A stretch of DNA of 64,000 bases from Lytechinus pictus (lineage: Eukaryota), in NCBI RefSeq assembly GCF_037042905.1, contig NC_087245.1, positions 20,772,001-20,836,000 of the forward strand, read 5' to 3'. How positions within the stretch are numbered: the stretch's first letter is position 1; each line of letters begins with the position of its first letter. The translations under genes and the position numbers were made by a program. Below are positions 25,414 to 39,236 of the stretch, in pieces. The notes beneath the pieces are model-generated. The model was not told where the DNA came from. It saw nothing but the letters and a program-made list of their open reading frames with translations, and did not search any database.

Positions 25414-25577
25414 CCCGGGGGGGGGGGCTGTTTCCATTGAAGAGTGGATATCATTTTAGGTTTCGAAAAGCACCTAATTGCGTTACATAATGTAACGTGC
25501 CCACTTTTGAAAAGGAATTCCTTTTTACGCGTGGTCGCGCGTGGTATCCACTCGTCAATGGAAGTGGCACCCCCGGG
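25414..25577. mobile_element. CCCGGG-ended MITE
   Basis: CCCGGGGG..TTCCATTGAAGAGTGGATATCA / TGGTATCCACTCGTCAATGGAAGTGGCACCCCCGGG inverted ends. Confidence 0.8.
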
Positions 25578-27869
25578 CGGCTTCCTCGAGCTCTGGGAGG
25601 AACAAAATGTGGCTCTGGAAACTCGTCCTAAATCAAATATGTCGCCGTTACCATAGTATTCTGCACACGAACCGCATATTGAATGTTTCCGTTGTGGATG
25701 CAAAAGGTTAACAAATTCTCATGTCACAAAATATGCATTGCAGGACAGTCTTTTACGACGGGCCCAAAAGTCTCTTCCAAAATCAACTACCGTCGTAAAT
25801 ATGCCTTCGCATTCTCCAGCGAAAAGTCCGGAATGTATTTCAGAAGTCGAAACAGTTTCTGGATTTGCTCGAATATGCGAACTTTCAACACCTTTTTTTT
25901 GTGTGTGTGTGGGGGGGGGGGGGGCTCTGTAGTCTATACAATAAATCGGTGAATGGTAATTATTTTCTTGATTATAGGCCCAATGAGATATACAGAGAGT
26001 GAATGCATGTTGAAAAATAAAGGCCTATTAAAAGAATATAAATATCTTTTTTTTTTTCATTCTTTATTACAAAAATTAGTGTATAGTTTCGTCATTTTTT
26101 TTTAGGGGAGGGATAATTTTCAATGAAATTAAATGAAATGGATTTTAATATCTCATGCATGATTTCACTCATTTATACAGCGTTGATGTTTGCTTCTGTG
26201 CAATGGACCCCGCATGGTAATCGCATTTCGATATATCAGCACTGGCGGTTGAAGTATGGATGTACTTTCTTTCTATACAGCCATATTCCAAGGATTATTT
26301 TTAACATGCCTTTCTGCACTTTTTGAATATATTAATTCCTGTATTAGAACCAGCAGCACGTCAAAACCGCAAGTGAATGTGCACTAGTTCAAGATAATAT
26401 CTCGATGGTGGCTAAAAAGTACATTCGTTTAACGAACGCTAGCATGTTAATGAACACGTGATTCTAAAATAAAATATCTGATATCAGTGGAGAACAGTTT
26501 GTTAACGAGAGTTTCAGCCCAAATGTTGTTCCCGTCAGCAACTAATTATGATTTGTTTTTCTTCGCTTACTTTTATTCACCACCAGTTTTGATTTTGTTT
26601 GTCATTTTCTCGCCTCTCTCACTCACTCTATTTTTTTTTTTTGGGGGGGGGGGGGGCGTTTCTTCTTATACCTATCTCATTGACAGTCGTATTTAAATCC
26701 AATTATCTTTTTAAACTGTTCCTACTCACTTTTGCTCCCCCTCTCTTCACCCCTTCTCTCCGTGAATGTGAAGTTATTGTAAAGACGAAAGATACAAAAT
26801 TAACTTTCTTATCCTTCTATTCTGTGGATTATGTAATTGCAATATAATAATGCAGTAGAAGATCGACACGAATTAAAAAAAACGCTCCAGCGTTGTATCC
26901 CACAGTCTACACGTCATTTTGTACTCAAGATTGTGCTAATTACGTAATGAACTTACATCACACATACCTTCAATTTCTATAGCGTGTTAAGTTTTAGCTC
27001 CTCTATAAATTATGACACTTTTAGACACACAGAGTCCCATGCTTGCTTTATACTTCACAATACATGATAAAAAAATGCGAGCCTGTATTTGAAGAATCGA
27101 AAACCTTTCAATTACTGTTCTACGTCTCCTTGCGTAAACGTTTTGTAAAGTAAAACAAAATTACCGCTATCTCGAAAACAAAATACAAAGTTGATGTGTT
27201 TCGTATATAAAGTAATTCATAATTTAACCTTGAAATTTATTGGACTATCAATATTATATGTAATCAAGTCATTTATAGTTATAGGTATATATCGTCTGCT
27301 GGAAATTTGTATTTTTCGGGATCATGACAAAAAGCGTGGGTCAACTATGAAATCGGATACGGGGTGATCGATAAAAGGTGACATTTATCTCTATCGGTAA
27401 TAGAAACGATACCTCAGGATGCGGGCGAACGAGGGTTGGCAGTATATTGTAGTAAATTGAGTTTGGCTGCTATACCGACTCGTAGCCCCCTTAGCTATAC
27501 ACGTGCTTGATGTTGAGATACAGTGCATGTGACCCTCTTTGTGAAGCCCATGATTCTGTAGACTTGAGAACTTGCTGAAACAGCTTGAAGATCAAGGGAA
27601 TTATAGAGGTAGCTCTCGGGGGGGGGGGGGGGGGTTAAAGAGTATGAAGAATTGCATCATCATTTTGTTTTCCGAGAAAAAAAAAGTTTCATTAATACTT
27701 GCAGATGATTATGTAGCATAAAATTGATGGGTGACGTAGAATTTTTTTTCTTAACACCATGCTAAAATTATGATTAAAATAGACTATGGTTTATGAATAA
27801 TATTCACGGGCAGTACCAGGGAATTTTGAAACGTAGCTAAAAGAAATTACACATACCCTTTTATCAGGA

Positions 27870-28085
27870 GGCACGATAGCTCAGTCGGTAGAGCTGGGGT
27901 TTCGTATCCCGATGACCTGGGTTCGATTCCCAATTGGTGCGCAAGTGCCCTTTGGTAAGGCATATAAATCCTCTTACCAGGTCCTTCCGAGAGGACCTTA
28001 ATCCGTCGGTCCTCTGGTTGCTTGCTTAAAAGTATTCATGTTTATCTTAGCAATCGGGTAAAAAAATCACTACCATTTTTACCAT
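27870..28085 (+). mobile_element. tRNA-derived SINE (family A; central domain resembles the MetaSINE motif)
   Basis: A box TAGCTCAGTCGG and B box GGTTCGATTCC, followed by a non-tRNA body (GTGCCCTTTGGTAAGGCA; CCTTCCGAGAGGACCTTAATCCGTCGGTCC). The domain assignment is from memory. Confidence 0.8.
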
Positions 28086-31000
28086 ATTCCCCTTTCTTTC
28101 TTCCATTTACGATTTTCTTTCTGTTTCTCTTTCATATATCTTCACTTCTTGGTCAAAGAAAGCGGTCACACATGCCCCCTGCTGTGTCGTATTAGTATAA
28201 GCATTATTATTAGTTCTAGTATTGTATAGTATCATAGTATATGTGGAAAGGATTTAAAGAAATATTCTCTTTCAGTGTTGTTAGCTGTACTGCTAAGCCT
28301 ATGTCGATGTTTTCATATCTACCAAAGATAAGTGATATTTTTCAGTGTTGTGTTTGTTGTGCCTTTTTTTCTCCTAGTGCTTTTTAAGTCGCATACATGG
28401 GAAACTTAAAGGTCTCTGCATTGCTGTCATGTCGTATGTAAAATTGATTCTATAGGTATTGCGTACAAACTATATGTATGTGTATGTGGGTGTGTCTTTA
28501 GTATGCCTATTTTCTTTTAACGGGTCTTTTACCCGGCTATACGCAAACTATTATCAATTATGTCACGCATTGTTTACTAGGGAAGTAGATAATACATTGA
28601 ATGTAAAATGTAATTTACGATATCACTTAGCAGGTAAGAAGGGCCAACATGGGATTACGATAAAACTGCACAAAACACCAGGCGACATCATGTGCAGCTT
28701 CGAAATTACGCCATCAATAGAATCGACGTAACGGTGTCTTTAAGTAAGCAAATTGGTATATCGATCGATTTGCGTTATGTCAGTTGCTTTCCAAGGGAAT
28801 AGTGAATTTGAGATGATGTATTATTATTAGGTCATGGTGCTTTGTAGACAAGCTAAGAAAGGACCTTGGGTGTAATTGTAGATGGATGGAGTCATTCCCA
28901 GCTGCCCCATTGACCCGAAAACTGACAAATATTTGACGCTAAGTGTCCCGGACAGAATTAAAAGGTTAGGTGAGCGGGAGAGCAAATGGGTAGCAAAATA
29001 TCTGAAATGGACCAAAAGAATAACGAAAATTATTGCAGGAGACAGTAAGGGTATAGAATGGGAGGATCATTGAATCGGGAAAACTGTGATTTATCAACGA
29101 GAAGAAATCATTTGACTTTTACTGAAGGATTTTGGTATTTTTTATTGTAAAATATGTATATATATATATATAACGATATTACATTCTGCGTGTTGGACAT
29201 AGATGATATAAAAGAGGCAAAGAGGTAATGCATTGTACTAGTTCCAACAGAGTTTATTTTCAAGTCCAAATTTTCGACGTAAACCTCACGTCTTCTTCAA
29301 GGATACAATAAAGCTCACAGTGACAAGATATTGAAATAATAGATAATATATATAATAGATAATATATATATATATAAATATATATACATATATGTGTGTG
29401 TGTGTGTATATATTCGTACCCCTCCTATAAATATTCATGAGTATTCTAGATAAACGATTAGTCAATTCTTGATTATGTGACAAAATATAATTTCAGTAAG
29501 AATACACATCGCTGCAAATTTATAGTTTTCTTGTAGCTCCGTCAATTTTTCGATATACTTTCATGGTCAGAACTGCTCATGCTCGATAATTATGTTCTCT
29601 CAACTTTGAACTGCGCATACTCCCTGACTTGGACGGATTTGATTGAATATAATAGCATGACAGATTATATTTAAAATAAATGAATGTTGTCATATGTATT
29701 ATTATTATCAGATACAAATTCCTTAGACCTATAGGATATTGAGTAAGCTAACTAAAACTTAATCTACTTGGACGAGCCCGATGTTATTAGCTCCAAACAC
29801 TGATCTGAATACTGATCAGTGGCTCCAAATCGTCCGAAATAAGATGGATGTGTTTGTATTCTTTTCCCTCTCGTTTCGACCTCGAATACAATTACCATCA
29901 TTCAAGAAGGTTGATACCTTTTAATGATCTTTGGTTAATGGTGAATATCGTATAGAGATCAAGGGCTCGTGAACATAACATTCGGAGAACATCATGCTTG
30001 TTTTCTTGTTTGAGAAAGAGAGAGTAAAAAGGTCATTGGGTCTGTATGAGGTTGGTGCTTTTAACCAGGTAATACTCGAACTTTCACGTAAAGGCAGGAG
30101 ATGTCCTGAGAGAGCTGAGTGGTCCGTTGACAGATATCGTACTTTCGCGGAATCTTTGATTAATTTCCTTGACGCTCAACAGGTCGCCCCATCCTTACAC
30201 GATCCCACTTTAGAAGAAGGCCGACTTTCGAGGACAAATATTTGAACGATCTCCCCTTTCACTCATTTATATCGACCCCCGCACTAGGAATATCCCTCGA
30301 TATTTCAGATGACTTATTGTCATGGTCACAGACACTTCTGTTAGATGGGGTTGACGCCGAAACGAGGTTGTTTTGGGAGAGAAGTACAGACTAATCTAGG
30401 TTCTTAATGCAATACATTTTTTGACTTGATGGATATTTTACAGATGTCTGCTCCTCTCTGTATACACGATCATAAATATGCGATCGCAAATCAATGCAGA
30501 TTAGGATGTGAATAACGTAGAGATTTTGAAATAAATTATTTTATGTCATAAAAAAATAATTAAAAATTTAATAATAATAATAATAAAATAGGGTATTTAT
30601 ATTGCGCATTATATTAATTGAATAATATCAATAAATTTGCAAATATAACCTTAATACAAAGGTAGACTTATAATGAAACAGTGCTGGTTTTCTCTATTAT
30701 ATAATTTTCTCCCTACCAAACTGACGTTTGGTAGGGATCACTGTAAAGTAGTATGTATTTCACACAGTTACAAGGTAAATATATAGGGAATGTAAAGACA
30801 CAACATGATCCTATACATGCAGCTTTAATTAATGCCTATATCTAAATTTATATTTTAAACAGTGTAATCCTTTCATCACATTAATTACATTTAACAAGTT
30901 TTACACTCTGCATTAGGTCGACAATGGGGCGGTTAAGGAAACAAACATGTTATTGGGAAGAAATATAGATTCAAACACTTGTCATGATTACATTTATGGT

Positions 31001-32880
31001 ATTAACCAGACACACGGGCATGTTCCATGTTTTTACCCAACATTGGTTAGAGTATATTAAAAACACACAACCCGTTTTACTTTATGTTTACACAACAAGC
31101 AGGCCTCCCTAATCGACGTGTACAATCTATAACGCTCGAAATTCTAATGGAAGCAACGCAGCCTTCGACGGTTCGTCCGAACTCCAAAGTGAACTTGATT
31201 GACACCTATTGACAAGTACTGATGTACTACATCATACTAATGGAAACTAAGAGTTTCCTGTAAATATTTTTAAAAAAGAGAGAAATGGTTTCAAATGTGA
31301 AGTGTATTTGTTACTTTCACGACAAACAAGATTGAAGCTTGGTGGTTTTTTTTGTGTAATATTTTTAGCAGACCTATATAGTAGGGGTGGTTGAGAGTAA
31401 CGAGTGATATTTTAGATGAAACAGTGAATCTAATCGTAAAACATTTAATTTACATTGCATGTTATTCCCCCATTACTCGCAGTAACCACCATTGTGTCCC
31501 TCCCCAATGATTCTTATACCAGTTTCAAAAATCCAATTTGGTCCTTCTTTTTAATGTATGATGTCAAAATTATAAAGGGATTGTTAGTCAACAGATTTAG
31601 AAAATTATTTAATGGTTTACTCGGTCATGGAGTAACAGTGGTACCGTTGTATTGATGTTTGCTGACTCACTTGCTCAAAGGTGTATCCGATGGCATATAC
31701 TATCACCTTGATTGAGGGTGGCAAACAATATTATTGTATCTTGGAAAAACCTATATCTCAATGTGAGAATATCAGATAAAGGACCACGAATTACTGTAAT
31801 TCTTTGTCCGATTACACATGGAAGACCACAACAATTATTTTGCCGATTTGATTCTCGAACCTCAAGCCATTGATACCACAATCCGGCGATGTATCCATTC
31901 CGTTACGGAACCTTCAACTTCCTTGAACAACAACTTCTGAAGAATTCTGATAGCCTACCCCTGCCTGGAAATCTCAAAGTAATGTGAGTAATCACGAATT
32001 CATGAACCTTCATCAGGCCTGCATGAGGCTGGGTAAGGAGTCACCCTTGGGAGGTTAACGGGTTGATTGGACTGGAGGTCCAACCTGTCAGGAGTACTCT
32101 AGCAGGCTCACCTGAAGATTATAGAACTATAATGGAAATCTGATCAGGGCCCTCTTACAGGAAGACTTGCATTTAAATGCAATTCGAACAAAAATCAAAT
32201 GCAAGTCCGAAATGCGCATTTCTGTTTGGTCGACAATTAAGTTATGTGAACAGCCACTCTTAGGGCCTACTGGAATGGGCCGCTGGAAAGGTTGGAAGAA
32301 CGAATTCTTGCGAGAAACATACAGGAGTTGTACAATGACAATAGGGGGCAGTTTAGTACGAAAGTGTGTATATTTTAAGATTACTTGAGTAACACAAATT
32401 ATCCAGTATTAAGTAAAAAAAAAGACAACGTGTCTGTTTGATAAATATACTATAACTAGCATGTTTCATGATAAAATGTCCACGCGTCAATGCATTTCTT
32501 CGTTTTTCCACTGACAAATCATGGGGGGGGGGGGGAATCACCACCTATCCTCTGTGGCGCCTCGCCAGATTTCATCATTATTTGCTGGATTTTTTCCTTC
32601 ACTTTATTATACTGTAAGAGCCTCCAATACTTTAAGTGGTCAAAATGAATGATATCAGGGATTTTTTGCAAGCACTACTCAGACACTTTCTAGAAGGTTG
32701 AAAATCTATTGTCAAAAGCTGTTTATCACAAAGCAGCCTTTGTTGAATATCGGTGATTCAAAAGAGCAGTGTCGTCGTGGACTCTGGGCAAACGACATTT
32801 GTAATCTTTTGTCAGCTCCTTATCTTAGGACGACCTACTGTCCCGGTTCACCAATTTTCGAAAATGACCTCTAATCTATT

Positions 32881-33079
32881 CATTGGGTGATTTCAAGTCC
32901 GGTGTTGGCATTGGTGTTGGTGTTAGAATTGTAAAATCTGATCCAGATCACATTATTGACATCTCAAAAACTAGTGAGTGATTTTTCAGGACCATCTTCA
33001 TCTTATGTTTGGTGTTATACCCGTGTACTAATTAACCTAACACCAACACCAATAAGTGACCACTTGAAATCACCCAATG
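32881..33079. mobile_element. MITE with TIR CATTGGGTGATTTCAAGT
   Basis: Perfect 18-bp terminal inverted repeat plus inner TTGGTGTTGGTGTTAG / CTAACACCAACACCAA. Confidence 0.85.
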
Positions 33080-34563
33080 TGATTTGACGGGCATTTTAAA
33101 TAGATTTTCAACGTTCAAGAAAGCGTCTGCGCAGTGTTGCGAAAACTCGCTATTAGCCGATTTTGCTTACTTTTGACGGATAACTCCGCTAATGCATAAA
33201 CGACCGCTTTATTTCGTGCAATAAATCTGTTCCCACTAATATTCTGCATAATGTTACAAAATGAAGGTAATTACCATTAGGGTCGTCAGTCCACTTCTGT
33301 AATGGGTAATAAAATGTCCTGTAATCATCAGGTCAGCCTCGCAGCTATTGCACCGTAAATATTCCCTATATTCAAACTATAAAACATTCCATGGAAAAGT
33401 TTATGACTCTATATTTTGCGCCAGTATTATTGGGTCAAACCAAAAGCCATGAAGTCTAATTCATTCCTCACCACCTCACTTAATAAAACAATCTTATTTA
33501 TTCTCATATATTTCAGAAGTAATGATAGTCATTATATTTATACTACTAGTACTATTATCATTATGATTGTTGTTATTATTGTTATCATTATCATCAATGT
33601 AATTTTCATTATTATTTTAATCATCATCATCATTATTACTTTTATTACAATTATTAAAGACATCGTCATCATTATCATAATCCTAATTTTCATTTCCCTA
33701 TTAATTGCTATCTTATCCCAAATAAAATTCAAATTATACTTACTAAGATAAAATCTTAAAACTCAACACCAATCGACCTTCAAGCTAAAAATGACCCTAC
33801 TTTATCTTCGCATTGTTTTAGGTTATGAACCAATGATAAAGGTGGACCGGGCAAGGTGTGATGTTGAGGATGCAGTGAAGCATATCATTACTTACCGATA
33901 CGTCGCTTCGTTGTACCATGGTTGTACATTCAGTTGTTGATTCATTGAGGGACGTGTTTTAAATTGTGCAAAGTTTTGTGACCACAATTGCGCGGTTCGC
34001 CACATCGCATCACCTTTTCTCCGACTGGAAGAAATTAACGTAACTCCATTCATGATATCATAAACAGGTACCATGATGATTGAGGTATCATCGCTATCCA
34101 CCTTCTATTTATTTTTTCATTCTGCCCCAAGATCTCTTTCTCTTTTCAAAAGCTTTTTATCCGCTAAATTGCTGGTTTTCTGTCACGTCATTAATTTTGG
34201 ATGATGGGGGTTATTAAAATGTTTTGTTAATATTGCTTCCCCGAGTGTGATTTTCCTCTGTGATGTATCATGACGTGACAAACAAAATTCCACCGGGTGA
34301 CCTGGCATTACAAATTATAAATTAAGACACAAGGTGCTCCATCATTTTTACATTTATGTTGTAAATCCTCAAATCAAGAAGGGAAAAGATGAATCATGGT
34401 AAATCAGTAGTCAATAGTCGTCGAAGGTCATTTTCGAAATCTTTTTAAAAGTTTTCGCTTTTTTGACCATGCTTGATGTTATTTAAACGGGCAGTCGATG
34501 ATAAGGGCAAGGACCTACATGATAAGGGGGGGGGGTAGATTAGAGGGAGGGAATACGTAGAGA

Positions 34564-34760
34564 ATGATGATGGTGATTATGATAAGGGGAAGGATGAGGA
34601 TTGTAATAATGATATGATGATATGATGATGATGATGATGATGGTGATGATGACGATAATGGTGATGATGATGATGATGATGATGGTGATGATGATGCCGA
34701 TGATAATGATGATAATGATGATGATGATGATGATGATGACGATGATGGTGATGATGATGA

Positions 34761-34791
<31 letters not shown>

Positions 34792-34880
34792 GATGATGGT
34801 GATGATGATGATGATAATGGTGATGACAATGATGATTATGATGATGTTGATGATGTTGTCAGTCGTGATAATGATGGTCA
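34564..34880. repeat. (GAT)n microsatellite
   Basis: Direct read. Source of the poly-M/I/S ORFs. Confidence 0.95.
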
Positions 34881-34936
34881 CAATTCTGATTCTAATCATA
34901 TATGTGTGTCGCAGACCCCTCTTAACATTGAATATA

Positions 34937-36333
34937 CAGTGCGTATCAAAAATAAGTTTACACGTAGGAAAAATCCTGTAAAATTATACATTCGTAATAT
35001 CCTGAAGATTTTTCCACATTTTAACATTGGTACAGATCCGTTTAAGCAAATGACGATATAACTGTCGAAAAATATTTCCGCTTGAGTGAGCGCCACTTAC
35101 TTTTAAAAAGTTAGTGCAAAATGATTTGCGCAGAACTTTGAAATAGTTATGCGAATAAAAGTAGACCTTAATCATGAAGAACGCATGGAATCTAGCTAGT
35201 AAAATTGATTTGAAGATATCTTTTACCTTTTTTAACTTGTTTCCTTGCCCAAAACACTTTGAAGAGTGCCATTGCGCCCTACCCCACTCCCCCACACACC
35301 GAGGCTATCGTGAAGGTATTTGCTTTTAGTCCGGCAGCCAAACCCTGATTTGGGGGGTAAGGTTGCATACGCTGAGCTGTGATTTACATGAAATGGCTTA
35401 GGCTTGATTTTGATGATGATGATACATATATCTGTCAAAGACATTCAAATGCGCATTGGAGGAGCCAGCCAATCTGGGTCGCCCAGAAGGGCGCTCACAC
35501 AGAACTGTGACCCGCAGGTCTCTCCTCCCGAAAAACTGTTTGGGGGAATGCAGGTGGACCACTACACCGGGGTTTCCCCCTACTCTTACTCGAATAGTGC
35601 AGTTGGTTCTTAACGTGCAAAGGTGGTGATTCTCTTCTACACGGGACCTCCATTTAACGTCCTATCCGAGGGATGGAGTGTTTTCCACTGTAACATAGCC
35701 TGCATCCATGAAACAGGGGAGAGACGTTTACACACAACGCACTGCTTTCAGTCATCCGCCCGGGGTGGACTCGAACCCACGATCTTTGGTTCGACGGGCA
35801 GATGCTTTATCGACTAAGCCAACTTCGCTCTCATTTCGTTAATCATGGGATAAGTGTGGAGAAACAAGTATTAAATGAAAAATGAAATGTTAACCTACTT
35901 CAAATGATAAAAACTTAGTGAAAAATGCTGGAGATGTCTGATATAAACTTTTGTTTAGATTAGTAGTGCTTACTGAGAGTTCAAATTTTAATATCGGTGG
36001 CAAAATTGTTACAAAATGCTTGAATGTATCCGTTTTATTTCAATTGATAAAAAGTGCAAGGGAAATGTATGAGAAATGTTTCGCAGGATAAGTTTGATTT
36101 CGCCTTTTCCCCTTGACCCAGCGTGAAAACAAGCATTTCTGCGCAAACAGATTTCTGCGAGCTTTACAAAAATGGACAGTGCTCACTCAAGTGTAACATT
36201 CTGTCAAAACTTTTACTTTCATTGGATAGATGAGACCCAAACCCAAGAATATATGTGAAAAAATTGCCCACATGTTGTATATTTTTCAATTCCCAGGGCT
36301 TTTCCAAAGTGTAAACTTTTTTGATACGCACTG
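34937..36333. mobile_element. non-autonomous Tc1/mariner-type element
   Basis: TA|CAGTGCGTATCAAAAATAAGTTTACAC .. GTGTAAACTTTTTTGATACGCACTG|TA. No transposase ORF. Interrupted by a SINE. Confidence 0.9.
35411..35832 (-). mobile_element. tRNA-derived SINE (family B) with a Deu/Nin-like central domain
   Basis: Minus strand reads: A box TGGCTTAGTCG, B box GGTTCGAGTCC, core CTCGGATAGGACGTTAAATGGAGGTCCCGTG..GCACTATTCGAGTAAGAGTAGGGGGAAACCCCGGTGT, then an (ATC)n tail. Possible short ATTT duplication at the flanks. Confidence 0.85.
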
Positions 36334-36919
36334 TATAAGAATTGACGTACTTAAAATGTAGGTATGGGCGTGGAATATCAAACCCACACGCGAATTATCT
36401 TGCCCCTCCCGTGCTAAAAAAACTGATAGTAACCCCCCCCCTAATTACCACAACAATGAACTGGAATAGTCAGGTCCAGATTTAAGAAAAGTAGACTACC
36501 TTAGGCAAATCGTGTTAATGCTGAATTGAGAATTGTTTTAGCATAATTTGAGGGCGCCGAGTCCAAATTTGCTGTTTGCCAACCTTGATTTTGATGTAAA
36601 AATCCTCAAATTGGCAAAAACAATATGGCCGCCATTCTACACCCTTTTTTTCTCTATTCTGACCCCCAAAACTTGTAACTAAAATGTTTGACAACGATTT
36701 TTGGTACTATTTGATCTCAGAAATAACATTCTAAAAATCCACCAAAATCTGGATCCGGGAAAGTGGTTATTTTCAAGATGGCACCTAAGATGGCCGCCAT
36801 CAACTGAAAATTAAAATAACCGGCACTTTATCTACCCTAGACAACTTTTTCGGTGCATACATGTATTCAATGGTGTAGGAGGTAAAAGGAATGAGTGAAT
36901 ATAAGCACTCCAGGGTACC

Positions 36920-38180
36920 TGAAAATCCAAGATTGCGTAAAAATGGCTGCCATGGCCTAAAAATTCACAATTCATCTATTACATATTTTAGTGTCTTTTA
37001 TTTGGGTCTTATTCATTGGTGATGTTCAAGGGTCAAGAAGTAGACCGACATAAGTTACAAGGACAGTCAACGGTCCACTATGTCCAAAAATCCAAGATGG
37101 CTTTCAAAATTGGAGTCTTAAATAGCTGTTGTTATCTAAAAAACCCTAAAACCCGACATAGTTTGTTTAATATCTGCCTTGGGGATATGATGATGGTGTC
37201 TAACCCGTGGTTTAATGGGTCAAGAAATACGTTGGGACAAGTAACAAAGACAGTCTATGGTCTTCCATGTCCAAAAATCCAAGATGGTTTGCAAAAATGG
37301 AGTATAAAATGTCTGTCGTTAATAACAAACCGACATAGTTTGTTTAAAAACCGACTGGAGAATATGATTTTTTAGTATAACGCATGGTTTAAAGGGTCAG
37401 GTATTAGATTGGGACAAGTTACAAGGACATTTAGTGGTTCCAGTAAGTCCAAAAATCCATAATGGCTTCCAAAAATGGTCAAATACATGTAGGCCGTTCT
37501 TACCGAAAAACTGACATAGTTTATTTAAAATCAGCCTGGGGTATATGATTTTGGTGTTTAACCCATGGTTTAAAGGGTCAAGTAATAAATTAGGACAAGT
37601 TACAAGGACAGTCAGAGGTCCAGCATGTCCAAGAATCCATAAGGCTTCCAAAATTGGAGTCTAAAATGGCTATTGTTACCTAAAAACTGACATAGTTTGT
37701 GTAATATCTGCCTGGGTTATATGATAATGTTGACTATACCTTGGTTTAAATGGTCAAGTCATACATTAGGATAAGTTACAAGAGCAATCATTAGTCCTGT
37801 ATGTCTAAAAATCCAAGATGGCTTCCAATTAAGGAGTGTAAAATAGCTGCTGATACTTAAAAATTGATATAATCTATGAAGAATCCATCTGGGAGATATG
37901 ATTTTGGTGTCTACACTATGGTTTCAAGAGTTAAATAATACTTTTGGATTAGTTAGAATGGTATAAAGCTGTCCATTTTGCCTATTATTTAAAGATGGCT
38001 TTCAAAATGAGTCTAAAAAGACTTCCATCACCTAAACATAGTCATAATTAGGTGAACAAAATCTACACTACTGTGGTTTGAAGGCTAAAATAATAGATCG
38101 GGACAAATAAAAAGGATGGTCAGTTTTTCTTTTCGTCGTAAAAAGTCCAAAGTGACTTCTAAAATTGCGTAAAAATGACT
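36920..38180. repeat. diverged tandem array of a ~180-bp unit inside the 36467-39662 element
   Basis: An AAAATCCAAGATGGCTTCCAAAAT-like motif recurs near 36922, 37086, 37272, 37451, 37632, 37807, 37989 and 38143, with conserved GACATAGTTTGTTTAA and GGGTCAAG..CAAGTTACAAGGACA blocks. Confidence 0.9.
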
Positions 38181-38999
38181 GATGTGCCATAATCTTGAAA
38201 CCATAGGATAGTCCTAAGCACAAAATGACGTGTCTTGAAATACTTATCAGTGAATTATGGAACTTTTTAGGTGAAAGTGTACCTTAGTTTTTAAAGTTAG
38301 TTTTTCGGATGTTTACTTATTGTTGCACCACTATCTAATTATGTCACTAACTCTTGTAAAACTTAATTTTCATGAGTCTTAAAAACAGAGACACCAAAAT
38401 AGTGGCAATAGATGGGATATGAAGTATTGTCGTTTTTGTATCAATGGTGGCCAATTCGAATGTAATTTTTGGAGCGTTCTTCAATTTCTTTACAAAATGG
38501 ACAACGGTGTATCCATGTAATTCGTCTTAACCTATATTATCTGACCCTTGAAATCATGAGAAAGACACAAAAATGTTTCTAGGTAAATAGTATATGCACT
38601 TTGCAGCCAGATTTTTAAGAAATATCTATTTCTTAAGCCATCATCATTTTTTTTTGCAAAACTGCACCACTGATAAACCTTTACATTTTTCCAATGTAAT
38701 TTTTCCCCTTTGGAACCATCATTTTTTATGTTTTATTTCATTCACGGTAGACCCCAAATTTATTTCTACCAGGTGGACATTATATGAATTTGGATCATTT
38801 CAAAGATACAACGTCCAGACGTCCATTATAGACGTCATTTTGGGAGGTCATCTTGGATTCTCTGACAAACTCACTGACTATCTTGCAAACATGTCCTGAT
38901 TCATTATTTGCCTTGAAAGCATTTTGATGATTTAGATTTTGATTTTGAGGATTTACTTTATTTTTGGAGTTGATGGTACAACGACTGCCGTTTTGGATG

Positions 39000-39236
39000 C
39001 TATGTTGGATTTCCATGTAACCTTGACGACCTTTTGTAACTATAACCTGTCTAAATATACTTTGTTTAATCCTAACATGCCTAAGATTCATAAAATAGAC
39101 ATCTATACCCTAAAAGTAATGACATTTAAAAAACTCAGTTAATATTTGGTGTTGACTTCACCGTCGCCATGGTCATCGCCGCCGTCGGAAAAGTGACGTC
39201 CATGTCTTGCTTCTGCTATGCAGGCAAGGAAAAAAT
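39000..39236. mobile_element. Helentron/HINE-like element end nested in the 36467-39662 element
   Basis: (CGC/CGT)n-like tract, CGGAAAAG, GTCTTGC, a CTGCTATGCAG hairpin, GCAAG, then an A-run. This resembles DINE-1/HINE-type ends (recalled architecture). The other boundary is unclear. Confidence 0.5.

Noticed and set aside
33892..34101. Minus-strand ORF ending at a GTAAGT donor
   Set aside because: No acceptable acceptor or start context upstream and no recognisable protein similarity.
34515..34981. Poly-Met/Ile/Ser ORFs
   Set aside because: Translations of a (GAT)n microsatellite.
37016..37651. 119-aa and 84-aa ORFs as a possible transposase
   Set aside because: They lie in the ~180-bp tandem array and show no catalytic motifs.
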